From Eubacteriales bacterium (GTDB lineage: Bacteria; Bacillota; Clostridia; Oscillospirales; CAG-272), in the NCBI GenBank assembly GCA_045613205.1, contig JAZLAO010000021.1, positions 1-61,491 of the forward strand: 61,491 bases of DNA, read 5' to 3'. Below, piece by piece: positions 1-10,663 of this stretch (position 1 is the first letter of the stretch; each line of letters starts with the position of its first letter). Both the position numbers and the translations under genes were made by a program. The notes under the pieces are model-generated. The model was not told where the DNA came from, did not search any database, and saw only the letters and a list, made by a program, of their open reading frames with translations.

Positions 1-135
1 TTTTCAAACGCTCTGCAAGCAGACGCGCCTGCTCGCATCCAAGCTTTGATAAGGGGATATCTCCCTTTGGAAAGGCAACGTCACCGAGATATTCGGCGTT
101 ATCTGCCACTTGTCCGTGCCGCGTAACGTATATTT

Positions 136-1806
136 TCATAATCTGAAAGCCCTTTCTTTTGGAATTTTAAGGTCGGTAAGGTCTTCTCTTACAAAATATA
201 TCGGATTCGTCAGCAAAAGCAGTCTTTGGTTTTTGTCGTATACTTCAACCCTTGCGAACCCGACGGGAAGAGAGACGGTAATTTCGATTTCAGACGACAC
301 GGCATCTTGGGTAAGGGTTATTTCCTTCTCTTTTTCTCCATTGACAATCCAATTGAGAGTCGAGCCGCGTTTTATTTTGTCGGCGCGGAAGCATATTTTT
401 TCTACTCGTTCCGAATTAGTGATGCAAACGCTGCCCATCGGTGCGCCGTCCTCGCTTTCGAATGAAATATTGCCATTGAAAGTAACGGGGTCCGCTGTGT
501 ATGCCAAACCCGATTTCATTGCGGAAATAAATTTATCCTCGTCGGGAGCTTCACCGCTCGGGATACCGAGCCAGGTCGCAAAATTGTTTCCCGAATACCA
601 GCCGCTTTTCAGAGAATGGCTGTCACTGCAACCGTAACCCGTGAGAAAATATCCGCCAAGAGAAAGCTTATCCCAAAGCTTTGTATAACCGCATTGCGGA
701 ATATGGTGGCGTCCGTCGGGATAACCTACGTCGAGCAGGGTTGCGCCGAAGCAGTTGTTGTCAAGAAAGAACTGAGCAACACTGTTTACCTCTGCCCCTA
801 TGTCAAGCTGCGAGCAATCGCGTCTTTTATATCTTACAAAGGGGTGATTTAAGGAAAATGCGCCGCCCTCGGAAAGCAAAATTCGGCAGGCTTCCGCATT
901 TGATATGTCGTAACCCTTAGCTTCGTAATCAAGAATTGGGATACGGGTTGAAAAGCAGTTTTTATGCATTCCCGCTGCGGAAACCTCGGTTGCGACAAAG
1001 GGCACAACTCCGTATTTTTCACCGATTTGAGCCGCTATTCTTTTTTGTCTGTCGTGGGTTTGTTGCGCTGATAAACCTACGGTTTTCCTAAAGCTGTCGA
1101 TGAATGCCGCAGCGCTCTTTTGACGGCGCGCCTCAAGCCTTACCGTAACTGTGGAAAATACGTTGTCCACACCGCCATAAGCACTATCTGCATCCTCAGA
1201 TAAATTGAAAATGCGATGTGTCCAATCACGTGAGCCGCTTATTGGGATAATCAAGGTGTGATTCCCCTCAAGTCCTTCTGTGCTTCCGAGCACGTAAAGA
1301 ATATGAGCGCAAGTCAGCTCGGGCGGCCGTTCGGAAAGCATCACGTCAAAAATAAGGCGCTGATTTTCGCTGTCTTGAAAGTCGGTCTTGTAAGCAAAGG
1401 ATATTGAAACGTCGGAAAGCAGGCTTGTGCAATGCTTTTTACCCGTTGAAAAAAGGGTTGCTTCGATGCCGTGCCAATCCTCTCCGTCTGCCTTTACCTG
1501 CATTTTCATACAGCCATCACCCTCGTATGCGGTGTCGCGGCAATGCTCGACAGAGCCGTATTCGGCATTTTCGCATTTAAAGCCGTATTCTTTTTTGTTG
1601 GAGTCGAGCAGGGAAAGCCCCGAGTTGAAATCAAAGCTGTCAATCTCCTCGGGTTTTCTTCCCATGCGGATATCGTGGTCGGTAAACCATATGTATTTCA
1701 TTCCCAGATTTTTTGCGTGGTATATATGTCCCTCCATGCTGGCACCCGGCTCGTAGCAGGAATGAATATGCATATGTTGGGCATAAAAGTCGTATTTATT
1801 TTTCAC
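136..1806 (-). CDS. PHP-domain metal-dependent hydrolase (CehA/McbA-like)
   Basis: HMHIHS, FTDHD, LNHP and CSDSH metal-binding motifs. Start moved to GTG at 1806, which has a GGAGG RBS; the ORF-track start at 1953 overlaps the neighbouring gene. Confidence 0.7.
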   Translation of the reverse strand: MKNKYDFYAQHMHIHSCYEPGASMEGHIYHAKNLGMKYIWFTDHDIRMGRKPEEIDSFDFNSGLSLLDSNKKEYGFKCENAEYGSVEHCRDTAYEGDGCMKMQVKADGEDWHGIEATLFSTGKKHCTSLLSDVSISFAYKTDFQDSENQRLIFDVMLSERPPELTCAHILYVLGSTEGLEGNHTLIIPISGSRDWTHRIFNLSEDADSAYGGVDNVFSTVTVRLEARRQKSAAAFIDSFRKTVGLSAQQTHDRQKRIAAQIGEKYGVVPFVATEVSAAGMHKNCFSTRIPILDYEAKGYDISNAEACRILLSEGGAFSLNHPFVRYKRRDCSQLDIGAEVNSVAQFFLDNNCFGATLLDVGYPDGRHHIPQCGYTKLWDKLSLGGYFLTGYGCSDSHSLKSGWYSGNNFATWLGIPSGEAPDEDKFISAMKSGLAYTADPVTFNGNISFESEDGAPMGSVCITNSERVEKICFRADKIKRGSTLNWIVNGEKEKEITLTQDAVSSEIEITVSLPVGFARVEVYDKNQRLLLLTNPIYFVREDLTDLKIPKERAFRL

Positions 1807-1841
1807 ATTATTGATCCTCCCATAAAAGAAAATCAGACAAA

Positions 1842-2660
1842 TCAATACTCTTGATTGTTTAGCATTTGAATACGCGTAATATACTTCTTTGGGGTGACGC
1901 CCATGTGCGTTTTGAAAACGGCGGAAAAATAGTCCGGATTTATATAGCCGCAAAGCGTGGCGATGTCTTTGATTACCGATACTCCGTGCTCCATAAGAAA
2001 GCAGGCGTGGCGCACGCGCAAAATCGTAATATATTTGATTACGCTGACCTGATATTCTCTTGCAAAAACCGAGGTGATATAATTTGAGTGATAAGAAAGC
2101 ATCTCGCTCATATAATTCAGGCTCAGCTCGCTGTTTGTGAAATTGCTGTCGATGAAATCCCGTATTCTCTGCGCTGCGCTTTGAGTATTGTTTTTTATGT
2201 CGGAGTTGCTGTACAGTCTGTCAAGCTCTGAAAAGGTGCAGTAAATGAGCCCTTTGCATCTTAAGGCAGCGATACTTGACGGAAGCGAAATGCAGGACTT
2301 CCACAATTCTCCAAATCCCACCGCATCGTGATACTGCGTCACGGTCATTCTGATTTTGAGGCGTGAGGCAAGCGCTGTCGCATCAGCACCGAAATAGGTA
2401 ATTCGTATATACTTAAGGTCGCGCTGATTTTTTATGCTCCATTCCACGTAAGGAGCAATAATAACGACATCCCCTGCGGAGAGTTTTCCGGGTGTGGCAT
2501 CCGCTTGAATCATGCCTTCGCCGGCGGTAACGTATATAAGGGAATAAAACGCCATGCTTTGCCGCGATTGCTTTGCCGAGCATTCGCTCTCGGAAACTAT
2601 CCCGTTGATAATCAGCGACTCGGATGCGATAGGGGTTACGTTGTGTTCCAATTCGCCCAT
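1842..2660 (-). CDS. AraC-family transcriptional regulator
   Basis: N-terminal cupin-like region; C-terminal double HTH (IATLCGYINPDYFSAVFKTHMGVTPKKY). Confidence 0.9.
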   Translation of the reverse strand: MGELEHNVTPIASESLIINGIVSESECSAKQSRQSMAFYSLIYVTAGEGMIQADATPGKLSAGDVVIIAPYVEWSIKNQRDLKYIRITYFGADATALASRLKIRMTVTQYHDAVGFGELWKSCISLPSSIAALRCKGLIYCTFSELDRLYSNSDIKNNTQSAAQRIRDFIDSNFTNSELSLNYMSEMLSYHSNYITSVFAREYQVSVIKYITILRVRHACFLMEHGVSVIKDIATLCGYINPDYFSAVFKTHMGVTPKKYITRIQMLNNQEY

Positions 2661-2827
2661 AATGCAAATCTCTCCGTTCTTTACTAAGTTGGTAATATTC
2701 TAACATTTTTATGGGTAAAAATCAACCTTGTCTTTAAAAAATAGGGTTTTTGATTAGTTTGATTCGGTTGATAAAGAATGCGCGATACCGTTCTTTGTTT
2801 TTTCAGTTTTTTTGTTTAGTTTTTCCG

Positions 2828-2856
2828 TTGACTCGTATTTTCAGTTAATATATAAT
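2828..2856 (+). promoter_or_regulatory. sigma-A promoter for the DUF4838-nagA operon
   Basis: TTGACT-17 bp-TATAAT. Confidence 0.6.
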
Positions 2857-2907
2857 TTAAATAAGAACGTTTTTTGAAAAAATTACGTTTACAAACCGGA
2901 GGTGGAT

Positions 2908-4881
2908 ATGAAAAAAGCAAATCACACGAAGAACATATATAAGACGAGAAGTGAGAGCCCTATTGACTTTGCCGCTGAGGAGCTGAGAAAATATTTAAGA
3001 ATGATGATGCCCGACGGAGGAAATTACAAAATACAGTGTTCCACCGATGCAAATGACGGCTTTAGGCTTGGACTTATGCAGGATTTTGGGCTTGATATCT
3101 CCGATGCGGAGGACGTCGAGCTTGACGATATAATATATATAGATTGCGACGAAAGCGGCGGAATTATTGCCGGCTCAAACCCAAGAAGCGTTTTGCTTTC
3201 GGTTTACGAATATTTCAGACAGATGGGATGCCGTTGGCTATTTCCCGGTGTTGACGGAGAATATATTCCGTTAAAGAACATCGAGGCTGTAAAAATCCGT
3301 CATAAACCGTCCATGCGTTACAGAGGTCAGTGCAATGAGGGGTGCGAATATCAAGAGTCTATGCTCGAAGCGATAGATTTCACCCCAAAGCTCGGTATGA
3401 ACGTTTTTATGATGGAATTCAAAATACCGAACGCCTACTACGATGGTTTCTATATGCACATGAACAACGAGGCAAACTATCCCGCCGAGCCGGTAACACC
3501 CGAACAAGTGCTTCAGTGGAAAAGGCAGTGCGAGGCAGAGCTTGCAAAGCGCGGTCTTCAGTTTCACGATATAGGTCACGGCTGGACCGCTGATCCGTTC
3601 GGCATTGACAGCACTCCGACGTTTTTGGATGATTCCAAGGTTCCCGAGGAGGCAAGACAGTTTATAGCTTTGCGTAACGGAAAGAGGGAGCTGTTTGATA
3701 ACAGACCCCGCCATACCGAATTTTGTATGTCTAACCGTGTTGCAAGAAAAAAAGTGGTGGAGCACATCACCGATTACGCGGCATCGCACGACAATCTCGA
3801 TTATCTGCACGTATGGCTTGCCGACCGCCGAAATAATCATTGCGAGTGTGAGGAATGTTGTAAACGCACTCCGTCCGATTGGTATATGATGCTCCTCAAC
3901 GAGCTTGATGCGGCGCTTACCGAAGCGGAGCTTGATACCCGCATAGTGTTCATCGTGTATACCGACACAACCTTTGCACCGCTAACCGAGTATATTAAGA
4001 ACCAACCTCGCTTCACTCTTATGATTGCCCCGGTAACGAGAAGCTATACTCAATCGCTTCCGCTCGAGATTCCCCAAAATATCGAGGTGCCGAAATATGA
4101 AAGAAACAATATTTCTTTGCCAACCATAGTTGAAGAATATTTCGTGCATCTCGACGGTTGGAAGAAAAAGTGGCATGGGTCATGTATAGCCTATGAATAT
4201 CATTTCTGGCGGCATCAATACTACGATTTTTCAGGTATTAAAATTGCAAAAGTAATCCACGAGGACGTAAAAGCCTACTTAAAGCATGATATTCAGGGCA
4301 TTATTCAGGATTGCTCGCAAAGAAGCTTTTTCCCGAACGGATTCGCGTTCTATTGCTATGCAAGAACGATGTTTGACTCTTCTTTGAGCTACGATGAGCT
4401 GCTTGAGGACTATTTTAAGATAGCCTACGGCGATAATTGGCGTGATTTTTACGCTTATTTTGAAGAAATTGCCACTGCTATTGATTTTAAGCTTCTCGAA
4501 CAGGAAAGGTCGACGGATTACGCTATTTCCCGTTTCTACAACCTTGAGTATGCCGAACGCCTTCGCAACGTCCGCGAGGTGACCGCAAAGGGACTTAAGC
4601 TCATACGTGAGAACTACAACCACCCTTACAGAATAGCGACCTTTTCCGTGCGTCTTCTTGAAATGCACGCAGAGTATTGCAATCTGTTTGCCGATGCTAT
4701 GATGTTTAAGGCAAGGGGCATGGACCAGTCTGCATGGGATAAATTCAACGTTTTGTGCAGCACGGTCGGCAAATACGAATATCAATTCCGACTTGTTTAT
4801 GACCACGGTTTAGCGATGAATTCGCTTAAAAACAATATTTTTGCAAAGAAAACCAATCTTCCCGAATTGGCTTACATGTAG
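2908..4881 (+). CDS. DUF4838-type putative glycoside hydrolase
   Basis: FAAEELRKYL / IIAGSNPRSVLLSVYEY...GCRWLFPG N-terminal domain, FCMSN and CECEEC motifs; GGAGG RBS before ATG 2908. Confidence 0.7.
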   Translation: MKKANHTKNIYKTRSESPIDFAAEELRKYLRMMMPDGGNYKIQCSTDANDGFRLGLMQDFGLDISDAEDVELDDIIYIDCDESGGIIAGSNPRSVLLSVYEYFRQMGCRWLFPGVDGEYIPLKNIEAVKIRHKPSMRYRGQCNEGCEYQESMLEAIDFTPKLGMNVFMMEFKIPNAYYDGFYMHMNNEANYPAEPVTPEQVLQWKRQCEAELAKRGLQFHDIGHGWTADPFGIDSTPTFLDDSKVPEEARQFIALRNGKRELFDNRPRHTEFCMSNRVARKKVVEHITDYAASHDNLDYLHVWLADRRNNHCECEECCKRTPSDWYMMLLNELDAALTEAELDTRIVFIVYTDTTFAPLTEYIKNQPRFTLMIAPVTRSYTQSLPLEIPQNIEVPKYERNNISLPTIVEEYFVHLDGWKKKWHGSCIAYEYHFWRHQYYDFSGIKIAKVIHEDVKAYLKHDIQGIIQDCSQRSFFPNGFAFYCYARTMFDSSLSYDELLEDYFKIAYGDNWRDFYAYFEEIATAIDFKLLEQERSTDYAISRFYNLEYAERLRNVREVTAKGLKLIRENYNHPYRIATFSVRLLEMHAEYCNLFADAMMFKARGMDQSAWDKFNVLCSTVGKYEYQFRLVYDHGLAMNSLKNNIFAKKTNLPELAYM

Positions 4882-4937
4882 TAAATTTCGGAGCTTTTCC
4901 GATTTTATCAGAAAAACAAAACTAAACAGGTGTGAAT

Positions 4938-6083
4938 ATGAAGGCTATAATTAACGCAGAGCTTGTTATGAGAGATCATTTTATACCCGATGCCGTTCTT
5001 TTTATTGACGAAGGCAGGATTTTCGGGTACGGTGAGATGCGAAATACCGAAATCCCCGACGGATGTGAAATAATCGACGCGGAGGGTGAGTACGTAGGAC
5101 CCGGTCTTATCGATATTCATTCCCACACGGGTGACGATATAAATGCATGGGAGGACCCCATTGCAGCGGCAAGCTTTCATCTTTCTCACGGTGTCACTAC
5201 CTATCTTCCCACGTCGTACGGAAGAATGTCGAAGGAAGAGTATATCACCATGTGCCACCGTGTGCGCGAGGCAATGAATACTCCCGAAGGCAAGAATATT
5301 GGCGGAATTTATTTTGAGGGCCCCTATTCTAACCCCAAATACGGCTCTAACCGCAACCTTAATCCATGGAACAAGCCGGTGCTTCCCGAGGATTACGAGC
5401 CTATTATAGAGGCGTCGCGCGGAATAGCAAGAGTGTGGGGGCTGGCACCCGAGAGAGAGGATATTCTTCCTTTCGTAAAGGCGGCGAAGAAAGCCGAGCC
5501 GAACGTTCGGTTTGCCGTAACGCATAGCGAAGCAACGCCGCAGCAAATAGAAAAACTGATACCTTACGGTCTTTGCATCGGTACGCATCACACCAACGCC
5601 ACGGGTACGATAGTAAATTATCCCGAGTGCCGCGGATGCTGTGTTGACGAAGCCGTAAACTATAACAAAAGTATATATGCCGAGATAATAAGCGATAGCC
5701 GCGGAATTCACGTCGACCCTTATATGCAACGACTTGTTCGCAGCATAAAAGGTGACGATAGGATAATCCTTATATCCGACAGAACGAAAACGGGAGCGCC
5801 AAATCCCGAGGGATACGAGGGCGTTACCGACCTTAATTTTGACTATGAAGCGGAAATTGCAGGCTCAAAACTTTCGCTTGAGGTTGCCTGCCGCAACTTT
5901 ATGAAGCATACCGGAGCATCAATGGTAGATGCATTTAAATTTGCTTCTCTCAATCCCGCGACCGCTCTCGGATTTACCGACAGAGGTCAAATTCTCGAGG
6001 GGCTTCGCGCCGATCTTGTAATCGTTGACCGCAAGATGAACGTCAAAAAGGTATTTCTTGAAGGCGAACTTGTCAGAGGCTAA
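4938..6083 (+). CDS. nagA: N-acetylglucosamine-6-phosphate deacetylase-like amidohydrolase
   Basis: PGLIDIHSH, FEGPY, LAPE, THS, IAGS, SLNPA and RADLV amidohydrolase motifs. Confidence 0.75.
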   Translation: MKAIINAELVMRDHFIPDAVLFIDEGRIFGYGEMRNTEIPDGCEIIDAEGEYVGPGLIDIHSHTGDDINAWEDPIAAASFHLSHGVTTYLPTSYGRMSKEEYITMCHRVREAMNTPEGKNIGGIYFEGPYSNPKYGSNRNLNPWNKPVLPEDYEPIIEASRGIARVWGLAPEREDILPFVKAAKKAEPNVRFAVTHSEATPQQIEKLIPYGLCIGTHHTNATGTIVNYPECRGCCVDEAVNYNKSIYAEIISDSRGIHVDPYMQRLVRSIKGDDRIILISDRTKTGAPNPEGYEGVTDLNFDYEAEIAGSKLSLEVACRNFMKHTGASMVDAFKFASLNPATALGFTDRGQILEGLRADLVIVDRKMNVKKVFLEGELVRG

Positions 6084-6144
6084 TGCCGAAATACTCTTCT
6101 TGACTAATAAAAAATATAGGGAAGCTCATTAAGCTCCCCGCAAA

Positions 6145-6184
6145 AAGCGGATGCTCAATACCGAAAGGTGTCGGGCATCCGCTT
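6145..6184. terminator. intrinsic terminator between convergent genes
   Basis: AAGCGGATGC...GCATCCGCTT inverted repeat between the nagA-like and oxidoreductase stop codons. Confidence 0.7.
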
Positions 6185-6256
6185 GATTATTATATAGTCT
6201 TTAGATAAAACGGTTTCGCCGTTTAACTTAAATTCGTTTGATTTGCCTTAGACGAA

Positions 6257-7294
6257 TTATTTTATATATTTCGGCATAACGGGCATACCGCCGTTCGCAG
6301 CCGATTCAACTGCGGCAAGACCTACCGCAACGGTGTTCGTGCCCTCGCGTACGGTGCATACTATGGGAGTATCGTTAAGTATAGCAAGCGCCATCTCACG
6401 AATCTCTGCGGCAACGTTGTGGTCCTTTACCTCAACGGGAACCTGAACCGCGGGATAGCTGTGCTTGCCGTTATCGTCGGTAACGTGGTGATAAAGGGTT
6501 AGGAAGGGACTTCTGTTATCACAAATGATAGTACCCTTCGTGCCGTAAAGGCAGGTGCGCATTGTGTAATCTCTTTTTACACCGATGCCGCAGAAAATCT
6601 TTCCGACAACGTTATTCGGAAATTGCATAATAGCTATCGTGCAATCGTCAACAGGCCAATCTGTGAGCACCTTTCTGTTTGAAAGTGCCATAACCCTTTC
6701 GGGATTTCCTGCAATCCAGCGAAGAAGGTCGATTGCGTGACAGCCGCCGCCTATAACGCTGTATCTGAGATTTACGGGATCGCGTCTCCATTCTGCACCG
6801 GGAATGAACTGATAATCGTGAGCATATTCCGACTCAACGTAGAAAAGCTCACCTATCTCGCCCGCATCAACAAGCTCTTTCGCCTTGACAAATCCGGGCG
6901 CCTTGCGGCATACCTGACCGGTCATGAAAATTTTTCCGCTTGCATCTGCCGAATCAACCATTGCCTGACAGTCATCCATGGACTGAGCGAGCGGTTTCTC
7001 GCAAAGCACGTGATATCCGGCAGCAAGCGCAGCCACAGCCTGTTCTCTGTGAATCTGGTCGGGAGTGATAATAATTACGCAATCAAAGCCGCCGTCTGAA
7101 AGCATTTTGTTATAATCGGTATATCTCTTGTTCTCGGGAATCTTAAACTCATCGCCGCGCGAATCAAGTGCTTTTTTGTCTATGTCGCAAATGCAAGCAA
7201 TCTCAGCCACGTCACTGTTCTGAAAAACACCGTTAATGTGGCGGAATGCGAGTGCGCCCATTCCAACAAGCGCAAATTTAATTTTTTTATCCAT
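6257..7294 (-). CDS. Gfo/Idh/MocA family oxidoreductase
   Basis: ALVGMG Rossmann start, HVLCEKP, GGCHAIDL. Confidence 0.9.
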   Translation of the reverse strand: MDKKIKFALVGMGALAFRHINGVFQNSDVAEIACICDIDKKALDSRGDEFKIPENKRYTDYNKMLSDGGFDCVIIITPDQIHREQAVAALAAGYHVLCEKPLAQSMDDCQAMVDSADASGKIFMTGQVCRKAPGFVKAKELVDAGEIGELFYVESEYAHDYQFIPGAEWRRDPVNLRYSVIGGGCHAIDLLRWIAGNPERVMALSNRKVLTDWPVDDCTIAIMQFPNNVVGKIFCGIGVKRDYTMRTCLYGTKGTIICDNRSPFLTLYHHVTDDNGKHSYPAVQVPVEVKDHNVAAEIREMALAILNDTPIVCTVREGTNTVAVGLAAVESAANGGMPVMPKYIK

Positions 7295-7480
7295 TTTTAT
7301 ATCTCTCTTTCTAAATTTTATTTCACAGAAATTTTATCATAAAGAAAGAATATTGTAAACAATCAAAACTAATACGTATCCTAAAAATCTTAAGAATTTT
7401 GATTAGCAAGTGACTTTATAGATTTGCAGTGGCTGATTTTTTCATCTTTTTTAGCGCAGCGTTCTTCTTTGTAATGCCAT

Positions 7481-7592
7481 GGAAAATGCGAGTATCAGTT
7501 AAGGTTCGTTTAAGACCGCGGACTAGCGATGATTTCGCTTAAAAACAATATTTTCTTAAAAAACCAACCTTACCGAATTGGCTTATATGCAG
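7481..7592 (+). pseudogene. degenerate duplicate of the last ~110 bp of the DUF4838 gene
   Basis: Aligns with 4768-4881 (tagcgatga.ttcgcttaaaaacaatatttt...ccgaattggctta.atg); contains an in-frame stop and an indel. Confidence 0.8.
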
Positions 7593-7610
7593 CCGTTTTC
7601 AAAAACAATA

Positions 7611-7654
7611 AAAAAGACAGCTCTTTACCGAAAAAATCGGTGGAGCTGTCTTTT
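7611..7654. terminator. bidirectional intrinsic terminator
   Basis: AAAAGACAGCTC...GAGCTGTCTTTT. Confidence 0.75.
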
Positions 7655-7658
7655 GTTA

Positions 7659-7693
7659 TAGCCGAAGAGAGCCGAACTCATAAGGTTTTGAAA
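7659..7693. repeat. end fragment of a MITE/REP-like foldback repeat
   Basis: aagagagccgaactcataaggttttgaaa matches the reverse complement of 34981-35008. Confidence 0.55.
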
Positions 7694-7755
7694 TATAGAT
7701 TTTCCCATCTTCATCGCTAAATTTTTCTTAAATATCCGCATATACCGGATTACCT

Positions 7756-8415
7756 TTAGTTTTTTGCGGAATCTTGTTCAAAAATTATTGCTTTCGGCAT
7801 ATTGAGCTTGAACACGGTTGCGAGGACGCGTATTGCGACGACGCATATGATGCCAAGCAGGAATGAGAGGTATTCGGGAACTGTGGTGGTTTTCAAGAGC
7901 ACGTAGTATAGCGAGGCACCGAAGAGGGATGCGACAGCGTACACACGCTTATTGAAAACAAACGGTATCTTACGAAGACACAAATCGCGTATCATACCTC
8001 CGCCGACGCTGGTTATCATGCCGAGCGAGATTGCGACGAGCGGGGAATCAAAGCCCTCACCGATACATATTTTTGCGCCCATAACCGCAAACACTCCAAG
8101 TCCGACCGCGTCAAAGTAGTTGTTTATACCTTCAACGACGTGCTCGTTTTTCACGTACTGCCGTTTGAATATCGCTGCCAGAATAAAAACCGCAAGAGCC
8201 GAGGCAATAGCGCAGATTATGTGAAAAAGACTCGTGAAGAATGAGGGCGTGCGGTCTATTAAGACGTCACGGAGCATACCACCGCCGAACGACGTGGTAA
8301 TTGCGAGAAAAAGAACACCGAAAATATCCATTTCCTTATCTATTGCCGCAAGAGCGCCTGATATGGCAAATGATACTACTCCAACCGTTTCAAGAATGAA
8401 AAAGAAGGACTGCAT
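7756..8415 (-). CDS. YadS/UPF0126 trimeric-channel family membrane protein (putative glycine transporter)
   Basis: Two GGG-M-(L/I)-RD repeats, DAVGLGVF; downstream of kbl. Confidence 0.85.
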   Translation of the reverse strand: MQSFFFILETVGVVSFAISGALAAIDKEMDIFGVLFLAITTSFGGGMLRDVLIDRTPSFFTSLFHIICAIASALAVFILAAIFKRQYVKNEHVVEGINNYFDAVGLGVFAVMGAKICIGEGFDSPLVAISLGMITSVGGGMIRDLCLRKIPFVFNKRVYAVASLFGASLYYVLLKTTTVPEYLSFLLGIICVVAIRVLATVFKLNMPKAIIFEQDSAKN

Positions 8416-8416
8416 C

Positions 8417-9601
8417 TTAAATGCCCATTTCCTCTTTAACCTGTTTGAAGGTGTCTGCGATAAAGAGTATCTGCTCCTCTGAAAGAGCTGCGGAAATCTG
8501 AGTTCTTATGCGCGCCTTGCCCTTCGGAACGACGGGGTATGAGAACGCAACCACGTACACGCCCTTTTCCATCATACGCTTTGCCATTTCAACGGCTTTA
8601 TGCTCGTCGTAAAGCATAATCGGGATTATGGGTGTGCCTCCGTCGATAACGTCAAGTCCGATTTCCTTTATCTTCTCTGCAAAAAGCTTGGTGTTTGCAA
8701 ACAGCTTATCTCTTCTTGAGGTATCATTTTCAATAAGCTCAAGAACCTTAAGCGAGCCTGCCGCAACGGCGGGAGCGAGGGTGTTTGAGAAAAGGTAGGG
8801 GCGGGAGCGCTGACGGAGAAGGTCGATTATCTCTTTTCTTCCTGATGTGAAGCCGCCCGAAGCCCCGCCGAGAGCCTTGCCGAATGTGCCCGTGATAATA
8901 TCTACTCTGCCCGAAACTCCGCAGTATTCTGCGGTGCCTCTGCCGGTTTTGCCCATAAAGCCTGCCGCGTGGCTGTCGTCAACCATTACGAGCGCGTCGT
9001 ATTCGTCGGCAAGGTCGCAAATAGACTTAAGGTCGGCAACCGTGCCGTCCATTGAGAATACGCCGTCGGTGGCAATGAGCTTTATTCTTGCGCCCTTAGC
9101 CTCTTCAAGCTTTGCACGCAAATCCGCCATATCGCGATTTTTATAACGGAATCTTGCCGCTTTACAAAGTCTCACACCGTCGATAATGCTGGCGTGGTTA
9201 AGCTCGTCGCTTATAACCGCGTCTTTGTCGGTGAGAAGAGTTTCAAAAAGTCCTCCGTTTGCATCAAAGCAGGAGGAGTAGAGAATAGTATCATCAGTGC
9301 CGAGAAATTCGCTTACCTTGGCTTCGAGGTCCTTATGTAGCTTCTGCGTTCCGCAGATGAATCTTACAGAGGAAAGTCCGTAGCCGTAGGTGTCGTAGCT
9401 TTTCTTTGCCGCCTCGATAACCTCGGGGTTGTCGGCAAGTCCGAGGTAGTTGTTAGCGCACATATTTATAACGTCGCGTCCGTCCGAAAGTCCGACCTTC
9501 GCGCCCTGAGGAGTGGTGATAATCTTTTCGTTTTTCTTAAGTCCGTCCCTCTCGATATCGTTACATATCTCGGTAAAATAATTAAGAGCTGTTTTTTTCA
9601 T
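8417..9601 (-). CDS. kbl: glycine C-acetyltransferase (2-amino-3-ketobutyrate CoA ligase)
   Basis: [35 protein letters not shown] (PLP lysine). Confidence 0.95.
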   Translation of the reverse strand: MKKTALNYFTEICNDIERDGLKKNEKIITTPQGAKVGLSDGRDVINMCANNYLGLADNPEVIEAAKKSYDTYGYGLSSVRFICGTQKLHKDLEAKVSEFLGTDDTILYSSCFDANGGLFETLLTDKDAVISDELNHASIIDGVRLCKAARFRYKNRDMADLRAKLEEAKGARIKLIATDGVFSMDGTVADLKSICDLADEYDALVMVDDSHAAGFMGKTGRGTAEYCGVSGRVDIITGTFGKALGGASGGFTSGRKEIIDLLRQRSRPYLFSNTLAPAVAAGSLKVLELIENDTSRRDKLFANTKLFAEKIKEIGLDVIDGGTPIIPIMLYDEHKAVEMAKRMMEKGVYVVAFSYPVVPKGKARIRTQISAALSEEQILFIADTFKQVKEEMGI

Positions 9602-9614
9602 TTTGATACCTCAA

Positions 9615-10649
9615 TCAATTTATTTTAGACCAATCGAGTATTACCTTGCCCGATTTTCCGCTGTTCATTGCGGCAAAGCCCTCTTCGTAATCTCTTACGT
9701 CGAGTCTGTGGGTGATTATGTTGTCGATGTTGAGTCCGCCCTGAAGCATTGCCGACATCTTGTACCAGGTCTCGTGCATTCTTCTTCCGTAGATGCCCTT
9801 TATGGTGAGGCCGTTGAATATAACCTTAGACCAGTCTATTCTTGCGTCATCCCTCAGAAGTCCGAGCAAGGCAATGCGGCCGCCGTGTACCATATTGTCA
9901 ATCATCGTATTGAAGGCAATCTCGCTTCCCGACATTTCAAGTCCGATATCGAAGCCCTCTTTTATGAGAATTTTATCCATCACTGGTTTGAGGCTTTCCT
10001 TGGCTGTATTTACGGTCAGGTTAAGGCCGAGCTTTCTTGCAAGCTCGAGTCTGTCGTCGTTTATATCGGTGATAACTACGTTTCTCGCGCCCGCAAATTT
10101 ACACACGGCTCCCGCCATGATACCAATGGGGCCCGCACCTGTGATAAGAACGTCCTCCCCGAGAACGTTGTAGGAAAGCGCTGTATGCACTGCGTTTCCG
10201 AAGGGGTCGAAAATTGAGTAAAGCTCCTCGCTGATACCCTTTTCGCATCTGCGGACGTTCTCCTCGGGTATAACGAGATACTCCGCAAATGCACCGTCGC
10301 GGTTTACACCGACGCCTATAGTCTCTTTGCAGAGGTGCCCATTACCCGCGAGGCAGTTCCTGCATCTTCCGCAAACGATGTGACCCTCGCCGGATACAAG
10401 CTCACCGACGCGCCAGCTTGTGACGTTGCTGCCGACCTCGACTATCTCGCCTACGTACTCGTGTCCTATAATCTGTGGCGTTTTGATGGTTTTCTGCGAC
10501 CACGCATCCCAGTTGTAAATATGCAGATCGGTGCCGCATATTGCGGTTTTGTGAATTTTTATTTTGACGTCGTTCACGCCCGTTTGGGGTTCGGGAACGT
10601 CCTCAAGCCAAAGTCCTCTTTCGGGGAACTTCTTTACAAGAGCTTTCAT
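9615..10649 (-). CDS. tdh: L-threonine 3-dehydrogenase
   Basis: ICGTDLH, GHE, CGRCRNC Zn motif, GAGPIG; adjacent to kbl. Confidence 0.95.
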   Translation of the reverse strand: MKALVKKFPERGLWLEDVPEPQTGVNDVKIKIHKTAICGTDLHIYNWDAWSQKTIKTPQIIGHEYVGEIVEVGSNVTSWRVGELVSGEGHIVCGRCRNCLAGNGHLCKETIGVGVNRDGAFAEYLVIPEENVRRCEKGISEELYSIFDPFGNAVHTALSYNVLGEDVLITGAGPIGIMAGAVCKFAGARNVVITDINDDRLELARKLGLNLTVNTAKESLKPVMDKILIKEGFDIGLEMSGSEIAFNTMIDNMVHGGRIALLGLLRDDARIDWSKVIFNGLTIKGIYGRRMHETWYKMSAMLQGGLNIDNIITHRLDVRDYEEGFAAMNSGKSGKVILDWSKIN

Positions 10650-10663
10650 TGTTTTTCTCCTCT

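Noticed and set aside
1-110. Possible repeat or RNA at the window edge
   Set aside because: Only weak hairpins, cut off by the window boundary; cannot be supported.
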